Source: Candidatus Omnitrophota bacterium
GTDB taxonomy: Bacteria > Omnitrophota > Omnitrophia > Omnitrophales > Aquincolibacteriaceae
Direction of reading: 5' to 3'
Assembly (NCBI GenBank): GCA_903856085.1
Contig: CAIOAT010000042.1
Coordinates: 4,947-68,946, forward strand
DNA length: 64,000 bases
The notes beneath the pieces are model-generated. The model ran no database searches, was not told the origin of the DNA, and saw only the letters and a list, made by a program, of their open reading frames with translations. The translations under genes were made by a program, and so were the position numbers. Positions 41,204 to 50,807 of the stretch are shown piece by piece; within the stretch, counting starts at the first letter, position 1, and the number at the start of each line of letters is the position of its first letter.

Positions 41204-42157
41204 TCAGTGCTTTTCGAACATAAGAAGCCGCTCGATCGGGACAACCCCTTTAATATCCCCGCTTCGATCGGTCACCACAGCATAGGACTGGCGTTTCTTC
41301 TGAAGCATCAGGAAGGCTTTCGCCAAGGAGGTATCCTCGGAGATAAAAATGGGGGCCCGAAGAAAATCATGAAGCCCTTGAGCATTCTCCTCCTCCCAAA
41401 GGATATCGAAGATATAGACCATCCCCATGACAATGGACGGCACTTCCTCGTAAACGAGCATCATACGAACGTGCGTCTCCCGTGCGATTTTTTTGACATC
41501 CTCGATTTTGCTATGAATATCCACCATCGGGACCTTCCCCACCGGCACCATCACCGAGGAGACATGGATCCGCTCAAAATCAAGGATGGTATGGATCAAT
41601 TTTTCTTCCTGGAGTCCTACGATGCCTCTCTGCGTGCTTTCTTCGATAAGTGAGCGGAATTCTTCCTCGTTCACAAAGATATCCCGGACCACGCCCTGCT
41701 GGAAAGACGGCCAGACAAAGTCGAGCGCCCTGAAGAACAGGATGATCGGCCCGTACAAAACTGCCTTGAGACCTTTAAGCCAAACGGTCTGCCCCAGCAG
41801 AAAAGGGATCGCATTTAAGCGACCGTAATCCTTGGGAACCATTTCCGCGAAAATAATCAGAACCGGAGCGATCACCAACATCACAGCCCATTCGTTGTTC
41901 CAACCGCAATATTCCTTAAAGAAGCAAGTTGCGATCGAGATTGCCGTGACGTTCACCACACTATTCCCGATCAGAATCGCGGTCAGAAAATAATTGGGAT
42001 ACTGTTGAAGCTGCATAATGAACCTGGCTTTTTTATCGCCAGTATCCGCCATTTCACGAAGTCGCAGCTTGTTCGCGGAAACAAAAGCCATCTCAGCCCC
42101 CGAAAAGAAGGCCGAAGCAACCAACGATAAGAAAAACAGGGTCAGAAGACCGATCAT
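41204..42157 (-). CDS. CNNM/DUF21-CBS domain protein
   Basis: SAFFSGAEMAF, AEMVPK, CBS pair. Confidence 0.88.
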   Translation of the reverse strand: MIGLLTLFFLSLVASAFFSGAEMAFVSANKLRLREMADTGDKKARFIMQLQQYPNYFLTAILIGNSVVNVTAISIATCFFKEYCGWNNEWAVMLVIAPVLIIFAEMVPKDYGRLNAIPFLLGQTVWLKGLKAVLYGPIILFFRALDFVWPSFQQGVVRDIFVNEEEFRSLIEESTQRGIVGLQEEKLIHTILDFERIHVSSVMVPVGKVPMVDIHSKIEDVKKIARETHVRMMLVYEEVPSIVMGMVYIFDILWEEENAQGLHDFLRAPIFISEDTSLAKAFLMLQKKRQSYAVVTDRSGDIKGVVPIERLLMFEKH

Positions 42158-43389
42158 GGCTTTCTCCTGACCGTCACTTGGTGGATGCGCTGACGGACCA
42201 TATCTTGAATCACAAAATCGAAGTGCTCCGTGCTGAAAATCGCCCCCTTGACAGGAACAACGCCCATTTTTTCAAAAAGATAGCCCCCAAATGTCGTGGC
42301 CTCATCCGCCACAAGATACGAAGAGAAAAAATTATTGAACTCCTGGAGACTGATTTTCCCCTCCACCAAATAGAGATCCTCACCCAAACGCCGGATAGGA
42401 TTCTCAACCTTGGCATATTCATCATAAAACTCCCCGAATATTTCCTCCAAAATATCTTCTTGCGTCACCACCCCGGCCGTTCCCCCAAACTCATCCACGC
42501 AAACCGCAAAACGCTCATTCTTGCTTTGAAATGTTTCCAGAAGAGCATCGATCCGTTTGCTTTCCGGAACAAAGAGCGGCTCCAGCATCACCTGCTTTAC
42601 GTCGGGAAGAGGTTCCTGCAAAAGATAGTTCTGGGACTCAACAACCCCCAGGATATGATCGATCGAACCCTGAAAAACAGGTAACCGTGTAAAGTGAAAC
42701 TTCCGGATAAGTTCTTCATGCCTTGCCGAAGGTTCCTCAATATCCAAACCGATCAGGTCGGTGCGCGGCGTCATGATATCCTTGACCGGCCGTTCACCCA
42801 GCTCCAGGAGCTTTTGAATCATATGACGTTCCTGCCCCCCCAAAACCCCTTCTTCTTCTCCGATTTTCACAAGCACCTTGAGTTCCTTTTCCGAGATCAT
42901 GTCCGATTGGTCGATCTTTTCATGAACAAGAAAGGAGAGAATACGATCTGTAACAAAACGCATCAGGATTCTAAAAGGTGCAAATAACGCGGCGAAGAAC
43001 TTCAGGGGCAGGGACACCCATAGGGCCATTTTGATTCGCGACCGTACTGCCAGGATCTTGGGGAGCATCTCACAGAACACAATCAAAAAAACAGTGAACG
43101 CTGCCATTAACATGCCAAGCCGCGCGTTCCCGAAAAGCTCGAGAACGACAAGTGTGACCATGGCCGTCGCCAACGAATTCACCGTTAAGTTACCGATCAG
43201 AACGGTTCCGAGCGTTTTACGTGGCGCTTGCAAATGTTCAAAGATCCACTTTGAAAGATGAGGGTATCCCTCTTTCAGTTTGCGCTTATCCAACTTAGAC
43301 AGAGAAAAAAGAGCCGTTTCGGACGCGGAAAAGAAAAAGGAGAACAAGAAGAGCACTCCCAAAACGACCCCGTGAAAAGTTGTATTCAT
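42154..43389 (-). CDS. hemolysin/CorC-family CNNM-CBS protein
   Basis: FFSASETALFSL, IMTPR, VDEFGGTAG, EDILEEIFGE, C-terminal CorC domain. Confidence 0.9.
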   Translation of the reverse strand: MNTTFHGVVLGVLFLFSFFFSASETALFSLSKLDKRKLKEGYPHLSKWIFEHLQAPRKTLGTVLIGNLTVNSLATAMVTLVVLELFGNARLGMLMAAFTVFLIVFCEMLPKILAVRSRIKMALWVSLPLKFFAALFAPFRILMRFVTDRILSFLVHEKIDQSDMISEKELKVLVKIGEEEGVLGGQERHMIQKLLELGERPVKDIMTPRTDLIGLDIEEPSARHEELIRKFHFTRLPVFQGSIDHILGVVESQNYLLQEPLPDVKQVMLEPLFVPESKRIDALLETFQSKNERFAVCVDEFGGTAGVVTQEDILEEIFGEFYDEYAKVENPIRRLGEDLYLVEGKISLQEFNNFFSSYLVADEATTFGGYLFEKMGVVPVKGAIFSTEHFDFVIQDMVRQRIHQVTVRRKP

Positions 43390-43392
43390 CGT

Positions 43393-43971
43393 CTAGTCTT
43401 TCCGGTAAAGCGCATGCGTGTGGATATATTGAAGAACTTTCTGAGGAACATGATCGCCCACATCCCGTCCGTGTTTGATCGCCTCCCGGATCCCGGAGGC
43501 CGAGATCGGACATAAAGGCATCTGAATCCATTCGGCACGGGCCCCTTCCGGCGCACAAACTTCACCCGGGCCTCGCTTCGCCACCAAAAACAAAATCTTT
43601 TTTTTGAGCTCGACAGAACGATGCCAGGTATCGATCCCTTCAAACGCGTCTTTTCCAAGGATTAAAAAGAATGTGCTTTCGGGAGATTTTTTCTCAAATT
43701 CCGAAAGCGTATCAAAAGTATAAGAAGCGCCCTTTCGCTTGAGCTCACAGTCAGAGAGCTCGAAAGAAGGCTCACCCTGGATGGCCAGGCGAACCATTTC
43801 GTAACGATCTGCAGCAGAGGTGAGCGAAAGAAGTTCTGGTTTGTGGGGTGGCAAATTGGCGGGAACAAAGATAACTTTATCGAGCGAGAATTGAACCCGG
43901 GCATTTCGAGCAAGTTCCAAATGCCCACGGTGGACAGGATCAAAGGTCCCTCCCAAAATACCGATCTTCAT
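43393..43971 (-). CDS. nadD: nicotinate-nucleotide adenylyltransferase
   Basis: GGTFDPVHRGH, PPHK, ISASGIR. Confidence 0.95.
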   Translation of the reverse strand: MKIGILGGTFDPVHRGHLELARNARVQFSLDKVIFVPANLPPHKPELLSLTSAADRYEMVRLAIQGEPSFELSDCELKRKGASYTFDTLSEFEKKSPESTFFLILGKDAFEGIDTWHRSVELKKKILFLVAKRGPGEVCAPEGARAEWIQMPLCPISASGIREAIKHGRDVGDHVPQKVLQYIHTHALYRKD

Positions 43972-43986
43972 GCGGAAAGACCGCTT

Positions 43987-45243
43987 TTAAGAACGTATAT
44001 GGCCATTCCCTTCCACGATATATTTATACGACGTGAGCCCTTCCAGCCCCATCGGGCCGCGCGCATGGATCTTGTCGGTTGAAATCCCGATCTCCGCGCC
44101 GAACCCGTATTCGAATCCGTCAGAAAAACGAGTCGAGGCATTGACCATTACCGATGACGAGTCTATTTTCGCCTTAAAGATCTTGGCCGCTTTTGCGTCT
44201 TGGGTTACGATCGCGTCCGTATGATGGGAACCATGAGTTTCAATGTGCTGGATCGCCTCTTCAAGATCTTTGACAACACGTACCGCGAGGATCTTTTCCA
44301 AGAATTCATGACCGAAGTCGGCCGCCTTAGCGCGCTTCGCCCAAGGAATAAAACGGCAAGTCGCGGCATCGCCCCGGACTTCGCAGCCTCCCTGTTGAAG
44401 CAGATCGCCCGCCATCGGCAGAAATTTTCCGGCGATATTTTGATGTACCAGGAGTGTCTCCATCGCGTTACAAACCCCCGGACGCTGAAGTTTGGCGTTT
44501 AACGTGATCGCGACAGCCTTTTTGGGATCGGCATTTTTATCGACATATACGTGGCAGATCCCCTGATAGTGTTTGATCACAGGAATACGCGATTTCTCCA
44601 CAACCCGGCGGATCAGTTTTTCCCCGCCGCGCGGGATCACAAGATCGATCCGGCCTTCTTGTCCCAAAAGAAAATCCAGCGCGGCATAATCCGTTGTCGT
44701 CACAAGATTCACATGAAAAGGCGAGAGTCCGTGTCGTTTGAGAGACTCTTTAAAGATTGATACGAACGCGCAATTGGAAGCCATTGCCTCACGTCCGCCG
44801 CGAAGGATCGCTACATTTGAACTCTTGAGACAAAGCGCCGCACATTCCACGGTCACGTTCGGACGGGACTCATAGATCATCAGGATCACACCCAGCGGCA
44901 CGGTCACTTTTTGTAGCTTGAGACCGTTCGGCCTCTTCCAACTCGCCTGCACATGACCGATGGGATCCTTGAGATGGGCAACCGCCCGAACACCTTCCGC
45001 CATGTCCTTGATACGCTTTTCATTGAGCGTTAAACGGTCGATCATCGCCGATGAAAGCCCGCTCGCTTGGGCTTTATTAAGATCTTTACGGTTCGCAGCA
45101 ACAAGCCATTTTGTTTTCCTCTCGATCCTAGAAGCAATATCCAAAAGAAGCTTACGCTTAAAAACCGAGGACTCTTGTCCAGCTTGAGATGCCGCCTTCC
45201 GAGCGCCCACAAGCACTTTCTCCAATTCACGTTTCCAATTCAT
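43987..45243 (-). CDS. proA: glutamate-5-semialdehyde dehydrogenase
   Basis: IYESRPNV, CNAMETLL, NASTRFSDG, HARGPMGL. Confidence 0.97.
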   Translation of the reverse strand: MNWKRELEKVLVGARKAASQAGQESSVFKRKLLLDIASRIERKTKWLVAANRKDLNKAQASGLSSAMIDRLTLNEKRIKDMAEGVRAVAHLKDPIGHVQASWKRPNGLKLQKVTVPLGVILMIYESRPNVTVECAALCLKSSNVAILRGGREAMASNCAFVSIFKESLKRHGLSPFHVNLVTTTDYAALDFLLGQEGRIDLVIPRGGEKLIRRVVEKSRIPVIKHYQGICHVYVDKNADPKKAVAITLNAKLQRPGVCNAMETLLVHQNIAGKFLPMAGDLLQQGGCEVRGDAATCRFIPWAKRAKAADFGHEFLEKILAVRVVKDLEEAIQHIETHGSHHTDAIVTQDAKAAKIFKAKIDSSSVMVNASTRFSDGFEYGFGAEIGISTDKIHARGPMGLEGLTSYKYIVEGNGHIRS

Positions 45244-46355
45244 CGTTCGCTCCAGATCACGAGATCGTTGCGATGGATCACTTCATCATGAGATTTTTTG
45301 CCAAGAATCGCCTGAATTTCGTCGGTCCGTTTTCCGAAAATCCGGCTAAGATCCCGGCTATTGTAGTGCACCACTCCGCGACCAAAGACTTTACCGTCCG
45401 GCGTTTCGAGCTCCACAACATTTCCTTGATCGAAATCCCCCTTCACCTTAACGATCCCACCGGGCAACAAACTTTTTTTCGCAAGCAGTGCCTGATAGGC
45501 CCCACCATCGACTACGATGCTGCCACTTCGGGTCGCTGAGAAGGCTATCCACTTGTGCCGCATATCCTTTTTGGCCCCGGCGGTGATGAATAAAGTCCCG
45601 ACATCTTTCCCGCTAAGGATCTCCTGCAGAATATGCGGCTTGTGACCATTCACGATCATAAAAGGAATCCCGAGACGCATCGCCACTTGTGCGGCTTTGA
45701 GCTTCGCGCGCATACCGCCAACGGTCTCTTCCCGCTTTTTATCCGCTAAATGCAGCACGAGCTTATTGTCGATCTCATCTTCGGAAGTCACTTCCCGGAC
45801 ACGGGTTCCATCTCTCAGGAGGAAACCCTCCGCATCCGAAAGATTGACGAGAAGGTCCGCACCCACCAGATGCGCCACATGAACCGAAAGAATGTCATTG
45901 TCCCCAAAGGCGATCTCTTCGACCGCCACAGTATCGTTCTCATTGACGATCGGAAGGATGTTGAGCTTCAAGAGCGTCTCCAGGGTATTGCGAGCACAAA
46001 GGAACCGCTTGCGATCCTCCAGCCCATCGCGTGTCAGGAGCAGCTGGGCGGTATGCACTTTTTTCTTTGCAAAAAAACTCTCATAGGCATGCATGAGCTT
46101 CCCCTGCCCAATGGCAGCACAAGCCTGAAGTTCCGCCATTGCTTTCGGCCGCTTTTTAAAACCGCAACTTTTCATCCCGAGCGCGATCGCGCCGGAGCTT
46201 ACCAGGACCGGCCGCCGGCCTTTCTTGATAAGCGCATAAATCTCTTGGCAGACACGGGCATGCTCCTTATGGGAAAAACTTTCCCCCCGAGTTTTGAGGA
46301 TGCTTGTGCCGATCTTGATGACGATCTTTTGGGCATGACGGACGCGATCAGACAT
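45240..46355 (-). CDS. proB: glutamate 5-kinase with PUA domain
   Basis: KIGTS, SSGAI, NENDTV, FGDND, GGM..KL. Confidence 0.96.
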   Translation of the reverse strand: MSDRVRHAQKIVIKIGTSILKTRGESFSHKEHARVCQEIYALIKKGRRPVLVSSGAIALGMKSCGFKKRPKAMAELQACAAIGQGKLMHAYESFFAKKKVHTAQLLLTRDGLEDRKRFLCARNTLETLLKLNILPIVNENDTVAVEEIAFGDNDILSVHVAHLVGADLLVNLSDAEGFLLRDGTRVREVTSEDEIDNKLVLHLADKKREETVGGMRAKLKAAQVAMRLGIPFMIVNGHKPHILQEILSGKDVGTLFITAGAKKDMRHKWIAFSATRSGSIVVDGGAYQALLAKKSLLPGGIVKVKGDFDQGNVVELETPDGKVFGRGVVHYNSRDLSRIFGKRTDEIQAILGKKSHDEVIHRNDLVIWSER

Positions 46356-47319
46356 GGCCTTCGTTCTCGATCTTCTCATGGACGAACTTCATGAGAGATT
46401 CTACCCCTTCCCCGGTTTTCACCGAAATCAAAAAATAGATCAGTCCCAAACTCTGGAGCTCTTCCTGGATTTTCCCAATATCGTGTCCAAGATCGATCTT
46501 GTTAACCACCACCACACTCGGAATCTGCCGAAAAGCAGCATCGTGCTCATAAACAATCCTCTGCAAAGCACTCAACCCTTCGATGGCGGTATGGGAGAAC
46601 TTCAAGGTCGCGTCGATCATGAACACGATGAGCTTGGCGCGAGCCAAGTGCCTTAAAAAATCAGTTCCCAATCCCCGCCCGTCCGTGGAGCCTTCAAAAA
46701 TGGACGGAAGCTCGCAGAAATTGATCTGTTTATAGTCGTCATACGGGTGAACCCCCAGCACGGGACTGCGGGTCGCAAAAGGATAATCCTTGCCTTCCAC
46801 AGGGGCCCGCGTCAAATGGTGGAGCAGCGAGGATTTCCCGGAGCTGGGAAGCCCCACAAGAAACACATCCGCCATGATTCGAAATTCCACATCGATTTCG
46901 AGGTTTTCGCCTTCTTCACCGGAAGTCGCCGTTTTGTCCCCGATATTCCCGGACCCACCCCGGCCCCCTTTAGCTACAATCACTTCTTCACCCTCGAGAT
47001 AAAGATCCCGGATCGCAAGATGGTTCTCGCGGCGATAGATTGAAGTCCCGATCGGAACCAATACGATCAGGTCCGGCCCTTTGCTTCCACGTTTATTGTC
47101 GCTGCTACCGTGTTCGCCGGACGCTGCATCCAAATGCTGTTTCAATCTAAGACGATCAAGACCCGGAGCGTTATGCGAAGCGCGGAAGATCACGCTCCCC
47201 CCGTCACCACCATCGGCACCGTTGGGAACTTTTTTATGGTCCTTACGGTGGTTATAACTTTCACAGCCTTTACCACCGCGTCCGCCCTGAACTTTGAGAT
47301 GTATTTTATCAACTAGCAT
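46348..47319 (-). CDS. obgE: Obg/CgtA GTPase, divergent
   Basis: Gly-rich Obg N-domain, GLPSSGKS, NKID; located after rplU-rpmA and before proB. Confidence 0.85.
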   Translation of the reverse strand: MLVDKIHLKVQGGRGGKGCESYNHRKDHKKVPNGADGGDGGSVIFRASHNAPGLDRLRLKQHLDAASGEHGSSDNKRGSKGPDLIVLVPIGTSIYRRENHLAIRDLYLEGEEVIVAKGGRGGSGNIGDKTATSGEEGENLEIDVEFRIMADVFLVGLPSSGKSSLLHHLTRAPVEGKDYPFATRSPVLGVHPYDDYKQINFCELPSIFEGSTDGRGLGTDFLRHLARAKLIVFMIDATLKFSHTAIEGLSALQRIVYEHDAAFRQIPSVVVVNKIDLGHDIGKIQEELQSLGLIYFLISVKTGEGVESLMKFVHEKIENEGHV

Positions 47320-47395
47320 AGAGGTCCTTAAAAAGAGAAAAGGCCAAAAAGCTTAGGATCGCTTTTTAGCCTTTTCGAACTTGGTTGGAACTGGA

Positions 47396-47638
47396 TTAAC
47401 TCGGAATAATATGGACAGATCGGTTCGCCCGGAACTCCACGATCCCAGCTCGCTTCGCGAAAAGAGTGTAATCAGTGCCGATCCCGACAAAATTCCCGGG
47501 GTGGTACCGCGTTCCACGCTGACGGACGATAATGCTACCCGCGGTGACCTTCTGCCCGCCATAGGCCTTGACGCCCAAGCGTTTGGAATTGGAGTCTCTT
47601 CCGTTGGTTGTACTTCCCTGACTCTTTGTATGTGCCAT
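47396..47638 (-). CDS. rpmA: 50S ribosomal protein L27
   Basis: [31 protein letters not shown]. Confidence 0.97.
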   Translation of the reverse strand: MAHTKSQGSTTNGRDSNSKRLGVKAYGGQKVTAGSIIVRQRGTRYHPGNFVGIGTDYTLFAKRAGIVEFRANRSVHIIPS

Positions 47639-47734
47639 GTTTTCCTCTAAAAGATGATTGTACCGCGTTACTGTTTGATTTTAAGGGTTCGCAGTACGAC
47701 ACCGTTAACCCATAAAAATAAATCGAGAACGGTG

Positions 47735-48058
47735 TTAGCTAACTTTGATCTCTTTGACAAGCAATCGGAGCAAATCCTGCCGATGCCCCTGCTTCTTCCG
47801 GGACGACTTACGTCGGCGCATCCGATAATGGATCAGTTTGGGACCTCGAAACTCCCCGAGATTTTCGCACACAATGGTAGCCCCCGCGATCACCGGGGTC
47901 CCGACCTTCACTTGGCCTCCATCCTGAACGAGCATCACCTGGTCCAAAACAACCTCTTTTTGACCCTCAGCCACATCCAATAACTCGACCTCTATCACTT
48001 GCTGAGGCGCCACCCAATACTGCTTGGAACCCGTCTCAACGATTGCATATTTTTCCAT
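47735..48058 (-). CDS. rplU: 50S ribosomal protein L21
   Basis: YAIVETGSKQY, GHRQ. Confidence 0.96.
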   Translation of the reverse strand: MEKYAIVETGSKQYWVAPQQVIEVELLDVAEGQKEVVLDQVMLVQDGGQVKVGTPVIAGATIVCENLGEFRGPKLIHYRMRRRKSSRKKQGHRQDLLRLLVKEIKVS

Positions 48059-48090
48059 GAAATGACTCCTTTGAATTTAAGAGAGCGCAT

Positions 48091-48119
48091 ATCTTATGGG
48101 AATTCACTAGGGCTGTCAA
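48091..48119 (-). promoter_or_regulatory. sigma70-type promoter of the rplU operon
   Basis: TTGACA-N17-TAAGAT followed by GCGC. Confidence 0.75.
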
Positions 48120-48210
48120 TGCTTTTTAAAAAACCGCAACCCTTTGGAATAAAAAGGGTTAGGTGTTCGGAACAGGCGGGTCGAAAAAATCCACAACAAG
48201 TCTAAGCGGC

Positions 48211-49026
48211 TCACTTCTTCCAATCGTTGAGGGACCAATCAAAAGAGGGATACTCTATCTTGTAGTTGCCTTCCTGAAGATATTCTCCCTTAGCCTCATC
48301 TTCAAGATAATATGCCAAAAAAGAAAGCACCGCGTTATCATTCGCTGAAAACTTACCATGGGATTCGGGGGTCCCAAAATCCAGCTTGAAATCTTTTGCA
48401 TACCATTTGAAGATCCTCGAGATCTGGATCTTTTTCCGGCCGGGGGTGATATCCACATAGGCAGGGTTTGTCACGAATTTCCTTGTTAAAAGAAAAAGCT
48501 GCCCTTCCACTTTAGGCCCCGTGAATGCTTCAGTCATCAGCTTAGGGCCGCCCTTCGCTGCCACAGAAAGTGCCAGGTGGACCTTCTCGTCATGATAGAC
48601 AGCCATCAGGTTCTTCACCCGAATGTCGTTGAGACTGTATTGACTTTGATCCTTAGATCTCTTGCCGAAATGGAACAACGCGATATCCCAAAAACTCGGG
48701 ATCTTCTGGACCGACGTCACAGGATAGTTCTCGATCACTAGTTTAATCAGCACCACGTGATACACATTCAGCCAGAACGCCAACGCCTCTTCCCGAGGCC
48801 ACGAAGCAATCTCCGATTCCTTCACCGCCATCAAGCTTGCGAGATAATCATTCAGATCCTTCGGATCTTTCGTGATCGACTGATAATTTACCTCGCCTCT
48901 TTCGTTCACATTTTTTTTAAGGAAGGCATCCCAAGCGGAGTGATCAAACGCCGTCGCTGCATGAAGACCAGCGGGAAAGGAGCACAGAAGAAAAATCAGG
49001 ATGAAAATTTTCTTTTGAAATGACAT
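48211..49026 (-). CDS. secreted DUF547-domain protein
   Basis: Signal peptide; HSAWDAFL, VNYQ, LAFWLNVYH, SRIFKWY..DF, DWSLN. Confidence 0.85.
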   Translation of the reverse strand: MSFQKKIFILIFLLCSFPAGLHAATAFDHSAWDAFLKKNVNERGEVNYQSITKDPKDLNDYLASLMAVKESEIASWPREEALAFWLNVYHVVLIKLVIENYPVTSVQKIPSFWDIALFHFGKRSKDQSQYSLNDIRVKNLMAVYHDEKVHLALSVAAKGGPKLMTEAFTGPKVEGQLFLLTRKFVTNPAYVDITPGRKKIQISRIFKWYAKDFKLDFGTPESHGKFSANDNAVLSFLAYYLEDEAKGEYLQEGNYKIEYPSFDWSLNDWKK

Positions 49027-49038
49027 GGGGCAATAATC

Positions 49039-49353
49039 CTAGAAACGAATACCGTGCTGTTTGAGGAACACTTGGTCATCATCGTTGAGTTCACACTTCA
49101 GCTCCCCCGTCCTGAAATGCTCGCTCATCGCCCCTTCTTCAAACATCTCTTCGATCTCGTCGAATTCTTCCGGAGAAAGCGGCGACATATTCAGAAAGAA
49201 AATATTCACTTCAGGGCTTTTATCTTTCATATCTTTAAAGAATTTCATCATTTCCGCAGGACTTTTCCCTTCCAGAGGATACTGACTCATAATCTTTTTG
49301 AGAAGGCTCATCAATTGCTTCATGTTCTGCTCGAATTCTTTGTCAAAACTCAT
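49039..49353 (-). CDS. acidic hypothetical protein
   Basis: RBS GGAG; C-terminal DDQVFLKQHGIRF. Confidence 0.6.
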   Translation of the reverse strand: MSFDKEFEQNMKQLMSLLKKIMSQYPLEGKSPAEMMKFFKDMKDKSPEVNIFFLNMSPLSPEEFDEIEEMFEEGAMSEHFRTGELKCELNDDDQVFLKQHGIRF

Positions 49354-49469
49354 AAACACTCCTTCAGATAAACTATTTATAAGAACGTTCGCTCTGATGC
49401 CACAAAACATCTAAATTTAGAGGTGTGCGGCAAAGTTCTGTTAACTCTTAACATCAAATAGAGACAAGA

Positions 49470-50396
49470 CTAACGATGATCGTCTAAAAACGCTTGGACT
49501 GCCAAAGCTGCGGCACAACCTTCGCCGCAAGCCGCCACCAATTGACGCACAGCCCCTTGGCGCACTTCCCCGGCCGCAAAAACCCCAGGCACGGACGCTG
49601 CCAGAGAGGAATCGGTTACGACATACCCCTTGTCATCTAAGGCCACCAGACCTTTGGCAAGATTGCTGTTAGGATCGTGCCCAATAAAAACAAATATTCC
49701 GTCCGCCGCAACCTTTTGTATCGCGCCGGTCTTGATATTCCTTAAAAGAACAGCCTCCACTTTTTTTTCACCTTCAATTTTATCAACAACAGAATCCCAA
49801 ACAAAGCTTATCTTGGAATTCATTTTAGCTCGTTCTTGCAGGATCGAACTCGCCCGCAATTGATCACGACGGTGGACGATCGTCACCCTCTCGGCGAACC
49901 GCGTCAAAAAGATCCCTTCCTGAAGAGCAGAATCTCCGCCGCCGACGGCCAAAACTTTTCTGCCTTTAAAGAAAGCCCCGTCGCAGGTCGCACAATAAGA
50001 AACACCCTTGCCCGTAAGCTCTTTTTCATGAGGAACCCCTAGTGTGCGGAACGAGGCGCCCATCGCGAGAATAACAGTCCGAGCCGCATAGCTCGTCTCA
50101 GTGCTAACGGCTTCAAAAATACCCTCTTTTTTTGAAAGATGCGTCACTTCTTCATAAATAATTTTCGTTCCGTAGCGTAAGGCCTGGGCTTCCATTTTCT
50201 GAGCGATCTCAGTCCCCAAAACACCTTCGGTGAAACCGGGATAATTCTCCACCCAATCGGTCGAGGCAATCTGCCCGCCCGATACAAGCTTTTCGAAAAG
50301 GATTGTGGAAAGATTGCCGCGTGAGGCATAAAGAGCGGCGGTCAGCCCCGCACCACCGCCACCGATGATCATCACATCGTAGATCTTTTTTTCCAT
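49470..50396 (-). CDS. trxB: thioredoxin-disulfide reductase
   Basis: GGGGAGL, ENYPGF, CATCDG, GGGDSA. Confidence 0.95.
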   Translation of the reverse strand: MEKKIYDVMIIGGGGAGLTAALYASRGNLSTILFEKLVSGGQIASTDWVENYPGFTEGVLGTEIAQKMEAQALRYGTKIIYEEVTHLSKKEGIFEAVSTETSYAARTVILAMGASFRTLGVPHEKELTGKGVSYCATCDGAFFKGRKVLAVGGGDSALQEGIFLTRFAERVTIVHRRDQLRASSILQERAKMNSKISFVWDSVVDKIEGEKKVEAVLLRNIKTGAIQKVAADGIFVFIGHDPNSNLAKGLVALDDKGYVVTDSSLAASVPGVFAAGEVRQGAVRQLVAACGEGCAAALAVQAFLDDHR

Positions 50397-50399
50397 GTC

Positions 50400-50807
50400 C
50401 TAGACCTCGTAAACGCTCGCCGTTTTCAATATATCTTCTTCAACGAACACAGGAACTTTTGCGCGTAAGGCGATCGCCACACTATCGGAAGGCCTGGAAT
50501 CGATCACCACCGTTTGCCCGTCTTCCTTGAGGATATGCAACTTGGCATGGAACGTATTGCTCTCAAGCTTGTCGATCACGACCTTCTGGAGTTTGCCGCC
50601 AAGCTCCTGAACGATTTTGAGCATTAGGTCATGGGTCATAGGCCGCGGTGGCTTGACGTTGCCAAGTTTCAATTTAATCGCATGAATTTCCGGCAGACCG
50701 ATCACGACGGGAAGAAACCGGTTCCCGTCCTTTTCACGGAAGACCACGAGTTGCTCATGCCGGTTCTCATCAACCTTGATCTTACTTAAGACCATTTCAA
50801 TCATCAA
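50400..50807 (-). CDS. bifunctional nuclease family protein (DUF151)
   Basis: LPVVIG, PRPMTHDL, DSRPSDSVAIA. Confidence 0.92.
   Translation of the reverse strand: MMIEMVLSKIKVDENRHEQLVVFREKDGNRFLPVVIGLPEIHAIKLKLGNVKPPRPMTHDLMLKIVQELGGKLQKVVIDKLESNTFHAKLHILKEDGQTVVIDSRPSDSVAIALRAKVPVFVEEDILKTASVYEV

Noticed and set aside
41204-43389. Tandem CNNM/CBS (hemolysin-annotated) genes as virulence factors
   Set aside because: Paired DUF21-CBS genes are ordinary Mg2+/Co2+ homeostasis proteins.
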